Source: Candidatus Heimdallarchaeota archaeon B3_Heim | Lineage (GTDB): Archaea; Asgardarchaeota; Heimdallarchaeia; Hodarchaeales; Hodarchaeaceae | Length of the DNA stretch: 32,000 bases | NCBI GenBank assembly: GCA_003144275.1 | Contig: NJBF01000010.1 | Coordinates: 60,001-92,000, forward strand | Direction of reading: 5' to 3' | In this document: piece after piece, positions 26,764 to 32,000 of the stretch | Position numbering within the stretch: position 1 is the stretch's first letter | Layout: every line of letters starts with the position of its first letter | The notes under the pieces: generated by a model | Told to the model about the DNA's origin: nothing | Databases searched by the model: none | What the model saw: the letters and a program-made list of their open reading frames with translations, nothing else | Made by a program: the position numbers and the translations under genes

Positions 26764-27843
26764 CTAAGGAATTACGTTTGTTTGGGTTGCCAGAGTCTTT
26801 GCTGCTTTTTTTGATAATCCTGTTTCGCCTAGAATCGTATAAATTGAATCCACTTTATGAGCCTTTCGTAATGCGCTTATGATTGATTCTGAATCTACTT
26901 CTTCTTCTAAATCATCTATGTTTGTAGGACAACCCGCTGATTCTAATATTTTTATTATTTGTTCATAATCTTGACCCTGTAATTTTGCCATTAGAATTGT
27001 CCCAAGGGCGACTCGCTCTCCATGAAGAATATCAATTCCTGTTGTTTCTGAATGTAAAGCTTGAGAAAATAAATGTTCTGAACCATACCCTACTCTTATA
27101 TCATTAGAAGTTCCCATAAGGACTCCTGCGATAAGTAAAGCTTTCAATACCACTTTTATTGCATGTTCTTGATCTAATAATGCTTCTGAAACTTGATGTT
27201 GAAATAAGGAATCTGCACTTTGTAAAACTCCCCCAACAAATCTTGAGAATTTGACAGATTTTATCCTATGAGCATACCTCCAATCCCAGATAGCAGTCAT
27301 TTTTCCAACGGTGTCACCAACCCCTGCCGCTAAATATCTAGGTAAGTCAGGATGTTGGATAATTTTATCAATATCTGCAACGATAGCAACTGGAGGCCGA
27401 CTTTCTCCGATATATGTCTCTGTAGGATCATTTAAAAAGATAAAAGGAGAAGCTATTCCATCATGAGAGGTTGTGGTAGGTACAGAGATCAATTCTGTCT
27501 TTTGGTTGGCCTTAAATGAACAATATTTTCCAACATCAATTACTTTTCCTCCTCCCGCACAAATCATGATATTAGATCCAGTATCTTTCACTCTATCTTG
27601 ATAGGTTATGGCCGCTTCAAGGGAAGCCTCTTCCACAATCAAGGTGTCAAAGGGGATATCTTTATCTTCTAAAATTGCATAGACTTCCTCCCCTACAATC
27701 TGACGTGTTTTGGTACCTGAAAGAACCATCACTTTAGGTTTGAATCTCAAAGAATCAATTATTTGCGGGATTTTATCAAGAATCGAATTACCAATAATGA
27801 TAGATCTTGGTACGATCGATTCTAGAATCTCTGATCCCGGCAT
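26764..27843 (-). CDS. egsA: NAD(P)-dependent sn-glycerol-1-phosphate dehydrogenase
   Basis: PR.I.IG, GGGKVIDVGK, VPT..SHDGIASP, AAGVGD..GK.TA+WDW, GSEHLFS, LHGERV.LGT. Confidence 0.88.
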   Translation of the reverse strand: MPGSEILESIVPRSIIIGNSILDKIPQIIDSLRFKPKVMVLSGTKTRQIVGEEVYAILEDKDIPFDTLIVEEASLEAAITYQDRVKDTGSNIMICAGGGKVIDVGKYCSFKANQKTELISVPTTTSHDGIASPFIFLNDPTETYIGESRPPVAIVADIDKIIQHPDLPRYLAAGVGDTVGKMTAIWDWRYAHRIKSVKFSRFVGGVLQSADSLFQHQVSEALLDQEHAIKVVLKALLIAGVLMGTSNDIRVGYGSEHLFSQALHSETTGIDILHGERVALGTILMAKLQGQDYEQIIKILESAGCPTNIDDLEEEVDSESIISALRKAHKVDSIYTILGETGLSKKAAKTLATQTNVIP

Positions 27844-27857
27844 TGTGAATCTATCCC

Positions 27858-27881
27858 TTAATCTTACCTTTATAAGATTAA
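27858..27881 (-). promoter_or_regulatory. Perfect 9-bp inverted repeat overlapping the putative egsA TATA box
   Basis: TTAATCTTA-N6-TAAGATTAA; TTATAAA on the minus strand at 27875-27869, 26-32 nt upstream of the egsA ATG. Confidence 0.45.
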
Positions 27882-28361
27882 TGACGCAATCCTTAAAAAC
27901 TCCTGTGTGCGGGGGAGAGAACAGAGGAATTTAAAGCGAAGAATCACATTTCTCTTCGGGGAATTATGCTAAATCTTGTAATGGTTTCTTGTATCCATTC
28001 TAATATCTCCTAAATTTGTATCTTACTTATAAGGTATTAAATTAATACTGGATCGGATTATACTCTTCAATTATAATATTGAGCAAAAAAAGAAAATATA
28101 TAATTCCCTTTTCCCTTATTATATTAAGGCTCCCCCAATCATTCAGAATATTACCAAAAAATATGAGGACAGGAATAATTTAACCCTCTTATGCTAAGAA
28201 ATTTAATTTCTAAATTATCAACCAAACTTAGAAATTTAGATATGTTACTTGTAGCAGGCTGAATCTTTATTCAAGAGTGGATAATTAAATTAATCTTTAC
28301 AGTATTGGGCAAAACTACGGATAAAAACCGCAAAGAAACAATTTAAAGGATAGAAACATGA

Positions 28362-30290
28362 ATGGACAATAAACATCCCATGTACAGTCGCGAATTAGCC
28401 ATTGATCATTTAAAAGCTGATTTGATTAATGCTCTTCCCCCAAATGCACAGATATCTAATGTTGAATTCGAAGGACCATTTGTTGTACTCTATTCTTTGA
28501 ATCCGACAGTACTTATGGAAAATGGGGATGTCGTCAAAAGCTTAGCTAAGACTCTTCGTAAACGTATAGTTATACGTTCTGATGTGTCTGTAAGAAGAGA
28601 AAAGGAAGAGGCTAAGGCCAGAATCCGTGAAATTGTACCAGAAAATGCTGAAATAACAAACATTATCTTTGATGATGAATTGGGAGAAGTTGTAATTGAG
28701 GCAAAGAAACCAGGCGCTGTAATTGGGAGAAGTGGAACAACTCTTCGTGAAATTGCCAGAGAGATATCTTGGAGACCTAAAGTGGTTAGATCTCCTCCTA
28801 TTCAATCACAACTTATTAATACTATTCGCTACACTCTCACTAAGGATTCAGATAAACGTAAAAATGCTTTACTTAATATTGGTAAACGTATACATCGCCC
28901 ACGAGTAATTAGAGATAATTTTATCCGTTTAACAGGTTTAGGAGGTTTCTCAGAAGTAGGACGATCGTGTATGCTCTTGGAAACAGCAGAAACAAAAATT
29001 TTAATTGATACTGGTTTAAATGTGGGTGCTCGGGATCCCGGAGAAATGTTTCCTTATTTCAGTGCACCTGAATTCGACATAGCTCAATTGGATGCTGTTG
29101 TTATAACACATGCACATCTAGATCACAGTGGATTGGTTCCGTACCTGTATAAATGGGGATATCGTGGGCCTGTTTATGTGAATGATGCAACACTCTCCTT
29201 AATGACTCTCTTACAAAAGGATTACATAGAAGTGGCTGAAAGAGAGAATAAACTTGTTCCATATAGTCAGAAAAACATAAGGGACATGATTCTACACACA
29301 ATAACAAGAAGATATGGAGAAGTAACGGATCTTAGTGATGATGTTAGATTAACAATGACACCTGCAGGGCATATTTTGGGATCGTCCATCTTACATCTTC
29401 ATATCGGGGATGGGAAGTATAATCTTGCAGTTGCGAATGACTTCAAAGGAAAACGGTCACGATTACTAGACCGTGCAAATACTCGATTTCCACGATTAGA
29501 GACAATAATTATGGAATCAACTTATGGAGGGCCTCGTGATGTTATGCCTCGAAGAGAAGATGCGGAAATACAGCTCGTAAAAATAATTAATCAAACAATA
29601 AGGCGTGGTGGCAAGGTTCTTATTCCAACCTTAGCTGTAGGGAGAGCACAAGAACTCATGATTGTATTAGCTCATTATTATAAACGTAGACAGCTAGTAA
29701 AGGTTCCTATTTATTTGGATGGACTTATTGCGGAAGCAGTAGCTATCCATTCATGTCATCCTGAATATTTATCTTCTTATTTACAAGACCAGATATTCAA
29801 TGAGGGTCAAAATCCCTTCCTTGCAGAAATTTTCCATCCTGTAAAACAAAACGAAAGAACTGGACTCCTACGAGGTGAACCTGCCGTAATTTTAGCCACT
29901 TCTGGGATGTTAACAGGAGGAAATTCAGTAGATTATTTCAAAAGGATGGCTGAAGATGCACGAAACTCCATAGTGTTTGTCAGTTATCAAGCTGAAGGAA
30001 CACTGGGTCGACGTATTGCCTCTGGAGTGAAAGAAATTCGTAGCATTGAAGATGGAAGGATGAAGATGATGAGAGTTAATATGGATATCCACCAAATTGA
30101 TGGTTTTAGTGGTCATTCAGACAGAGGAGAAATTATGAATTTCTTCCGTGAATTGAATCCTAAACCAGAACAAGTAATATTGATGCATGGTCTTAGAAAT
30201 AAATCCCAATCATTGGCTCAATCTCTTTCTAAACGGTATCATGTCAAGGTTAAGGTACCTTATAATCTTGAAACTTTACGATTCAAATAG
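28362..30290 (+). CDS. fttA: Archaeal beta-CASP ribonuclease aCPSF1 / transcription termination factor FttA
   Basis: N-terminal KH region (FEGP, KPG.VIGRSG), LGGF.EVGRS, THAHLDHSG, AGHILGS, ESTYG, IP..AVGRAQE, GFSGHSD, HG. Confidence 0.97.
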   Translation: MDNKHPMYSRELAIDHLKADLINALPPNAQISNVEFEGPFVVLYSLNPTVLMENGDVVKSLAKTLRKRIVIRSDVSVRREKEEAKARIREIVPENAEITNIIFDDELGEVVIEAKKPGAVIGRSGTTLREIAREISWRPKVVRSPPIQSQLINTIRYTLTKDSDKRKNALLNIGKRIHRPRVIRDNFIRLTGLGGFSEVGRSCMLLETAETKILIDTGLNVGARDPGEMFPYFSAPEFDIAQLDAVVITHAHLDHSGLVPYLYKWGYRGPVYVNDATLSLMTLLQKDYIEVAERENKLVPYSQKNIRDMILHTITRRYGEVTDLSDDVRLTMTPAGHILGSSILHLHIGDGKYNLAVANDFKGKRSRLLDRANTRFPRLETIIMESTYGGPRDVMPRREDAEIQLVKIINQTIRRGGKVLIPTLAVGRAQELMIVLAHYYKRRQLVKVPIYLDGLIAEAVAIHSCHPEYLSSYLQDQIFNEGQNPFLAEIFHPVKQNERTGLLRGEPAVILATSGMLTGGNSVDYFKRMAEDARNSIVFVSYQAEGTLGRRIASGVKEIRSIEDGRMKMMRVNMDIHQIDGFSGHSDRGEIMNFFRELNPKPEQVILMHGLRNKSQSLAQSLSKRYHVKVKVPYNLETLRFK

Positions 30291-30306
30291 TTTGAAACAT
30301 TAGAGA

Positions 30307-30795
30307 GTGAAAATGTCATTTAGAAAAGAATTAGGGTCGAAACAAAGGAAAGACATCATTTCTGCGATCATAGCACCTGGAATTTCACCAAACGTGTTGA
30401 AGAATAATGTTCAGTTTGTTCTGCGTGATGAGAAGAAATTAATGAACTATTTATTCGACAAAGAACAGCAAATTTCTTTTTTTTCTTTTGAAAATATGTA
30501 TCTACCCACCTTGAAATTTGTTCGTAAGCATGCAGAACTTGACTTCCCTTCTGTACAGGTCGATGAAGGTGCTGTGAAATTTGTGATTAATGGTGCGGAT
30601 ATATTTTCTCAAGGAATTGTGAAATTTAACAAAGATTTTTCTGAAAATACCATTGTTACAATCATCAATCCACAGGATTCTGTATTAAGTATAGGAAAAT
30701 GCCTGTTTTCTTCTAGAGATCTTTTAACCGCGAAAGGAAAGAGCATTATCAATCTCCATTATCTAGGAGATAAAATTTGGGAAGAAGACGTATGA
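30307..30795 (+). CDS. PUA-domain RNA-binding protein (Tma20/MCT-1-like)
   Basis: PTL, V.VDEGAVKFV.NGAD+F..GI, GK.I.NLHYLGD.IW. Confidence 0.88.
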   Translation: MKMSFRKELGSKQRKDIISAIIAPGISPNVLKNNVQFVLRDEKKLMNYLFDKEQQISFFSFENMYLPTLKFVRKHAELDFPSVQVDEGAVKFVINGADIFSQGIVKFNKDFSENTIVTIINPQDSVLSIGKCLFSSRDLLTAKGKSIINLHYLGDKIWEEDV

Positions 30796-30913
30796 GAATG
30801 TTCGGTAGTTAATGAAAAAATGACTAACATTTTCTAATAACAGATAAATAATCTCAATATTTCTCTCGACGCGGATTACTTTCTCAATGATTTGACGGAA
30901 AGGTCGTATTTAC

Positions 30914-31303
30914 ATGTCTTACAAGGTTTTACCAGAGTTAAAATATTTACCAGAGCATGATTGGGCAAAGCGTGACGGAGAATACGTGTTAGTAGGAGTA
31001 ACAGATTTTGCTCAAAAAACACTTAAAGATTTAGTCTATATTGAACTACCTGAAGTAGGAGAGACATTTAATTTCAAAGATGTAATAGGGTCGATTGAAA
31101 GTGTAAAAGCTGTCTCTGATTTAGTCTGTCCAATAAGTGGTGAAATAATTGAGATTAATGAAGCAGTGGTAGATGCTCCCGAAAAGGTTAATCAAGATCC
31201 ATATTCAGAATGGCTTGTAAAAATAAAACCATCGGATCTGGAAACTGATTGGAGTAAATTGATGACCCCCGAAGAATATACCATCCAAATTTCTGAAGAT
31301 TGA
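30914..31303 (+). CDS. gcvH: Glycine cleavage system H protein
   Basis: Y..EH.W, VG+TDFAQ..L.D+VY+ELP, IESVKAVSD (lipoyl-Lys), N.DPY..WL.KI. Confidence 0.96.
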   Translation: MSYKVLPELKYLPEHDWAKRDGEYVLVGVTDFAQKTLKDLVYIELPEVGETFNFKDVIGSIESVKAVSDLVCPISGEIIEINEAVVDAPEKVNQDPYSEWLVKIKPSDLETDWSKLMTPEEYTIQISED

Positions 31304-31345
31304 ATGAACAATCCCTCTACATTCTGTATTATTAGATGAATTCTC

Positions 31346-32000
31346 TTGGTTATCCCCAGAACAAATATTTATTTCATTGGAATGGGACTTTGTGGACTAA
31401 AGAGCTGCTCATTGCAAGCTCTTAAAATCCTCAAAATAGCGGATATTATTTTTGTGGAAACATACACAAATTTCATCTCTGAAGGTAAACCTGAATTTTG
31501 GAACGAAATAAAACAAAAATTAGAACCACTATCAAGAAAGGATTTAGAGGAAAACGACCATCTATTCTTAGAAAAAATAGAGGGAAAAATAATTGCCCTT
31601 CTCATACCTGGAGATCCGTTCATCGCAACAACTCACAATTCTATACGGATTGCTGCCACCAAAAAAGGCTACAAATGCAGGTTAATTCATAATTCCTCAA
31701 TAATTTCAGCTGCTTCGTCTATTTCTGGACTATCCTCGTACAGTTTTGGTCGAACTGTAACCTGTCCCTTTCGAAATAATAAAAGTGAGTTTCCTTACAG
31801 GATAATACAACAGAATAAATCTATTAATGCTCACACATTAGTTCTTCTTGATATAAATTTAGTAGATGATGAATTTCTATCAGTAGATGAAGCTATTTCA
31901 ATTTTATCAGATCTTGAGATGGAAATTCACGAAAATGTATTTAAAAAATCTAGTATAGTAATTGGCTTAGCTAAAATTGGGTATAATGATGAATTCATTA
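31346..32000 (+). CDS. dph5: Diphthine synthase (partial, runs off window end)
   Basis: Not in the ORF track; manual translation from TTG 31346 gives IYFIGMGL, ETYT, R.DLEE, GDPFIATTH, IHNSSI, GL..Y.FGRTVT, N....AHTLVLLD with no stop before the window end. Confidence 0.93.
   Translation, partial: MVIPRTNIYFIGMGLCGLKSCSLQALKILKIADIIFVETYTNFISEGKPEFWNEIKQKLEPLSRKDLEENDHLFLEKIEGKIIALLIPGDPFIATTHNSIRIAATKKGYKCRLIHNSSIISAASSISGLSSYSFGRTVTCPFRNNKSEFPYRIIQQNKSINAHTLVLLDINLVDDEFLSVDEAISILSDLEMEIHENVFKKSSIVIGLAKIGYNDEFI

Noticed and set aside
31369-31692. ORFs 31369-31623 (-) and 31498-31692 (+)
   Set aside because: They overlap the real dph5 frame starting at 31346, which the track missed because it runs off the window.
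1-32000. CRISPR arrays, tRNA or rRNA genes
   Set aside because: No regularly spaced repeats, cloverleaf or rRNA-like segments found by eye; intergenic gaps are mostly too short and AT-rich.

Overview
Low-GC, densely coding archaeal chromosomal region, most likely from an Asgard archaeon. The lineage is inferred from archaeal core genes (egsA, aCPSF1/FttA, archaeal SHMT, TrmI, Dph5, PUA protein) occurring with eukaryote-like proteins (Rab-like pseudo-GTPase, tandem longin protein, Rpn11-like JAMM protease, putative uDENN/gelsolin fusion). About 27 CDS are supported. I saw no rRNA, tRNA, CRISPR array or mobile element. The main signal is at 760-2703: a class I SAM-dependent methyltransferase fused in frame to an HgcA-type corrinoid/membrane protein (cap-helix motif NVWCAAGG), followed 3 bp later by an HgcB-type 2x[4Fe-4S] ferredoxin ending in Cys-Cys. 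This looks like an hgcAB-like methylation module carrying its own SAM methyltransferase domain. Also notable are a Rab-fold protein lacking the P-loop next to a double-longin protein, a 1865-aa repeat/solenoid/acidic-tail protein, an orphan DNA methyltransferase, a stand-alone A/V-ATPase E subunit, and a palindrome overlapping the putative egsA TATA box. All family assignments come from motif recognition by eye, not database searches.
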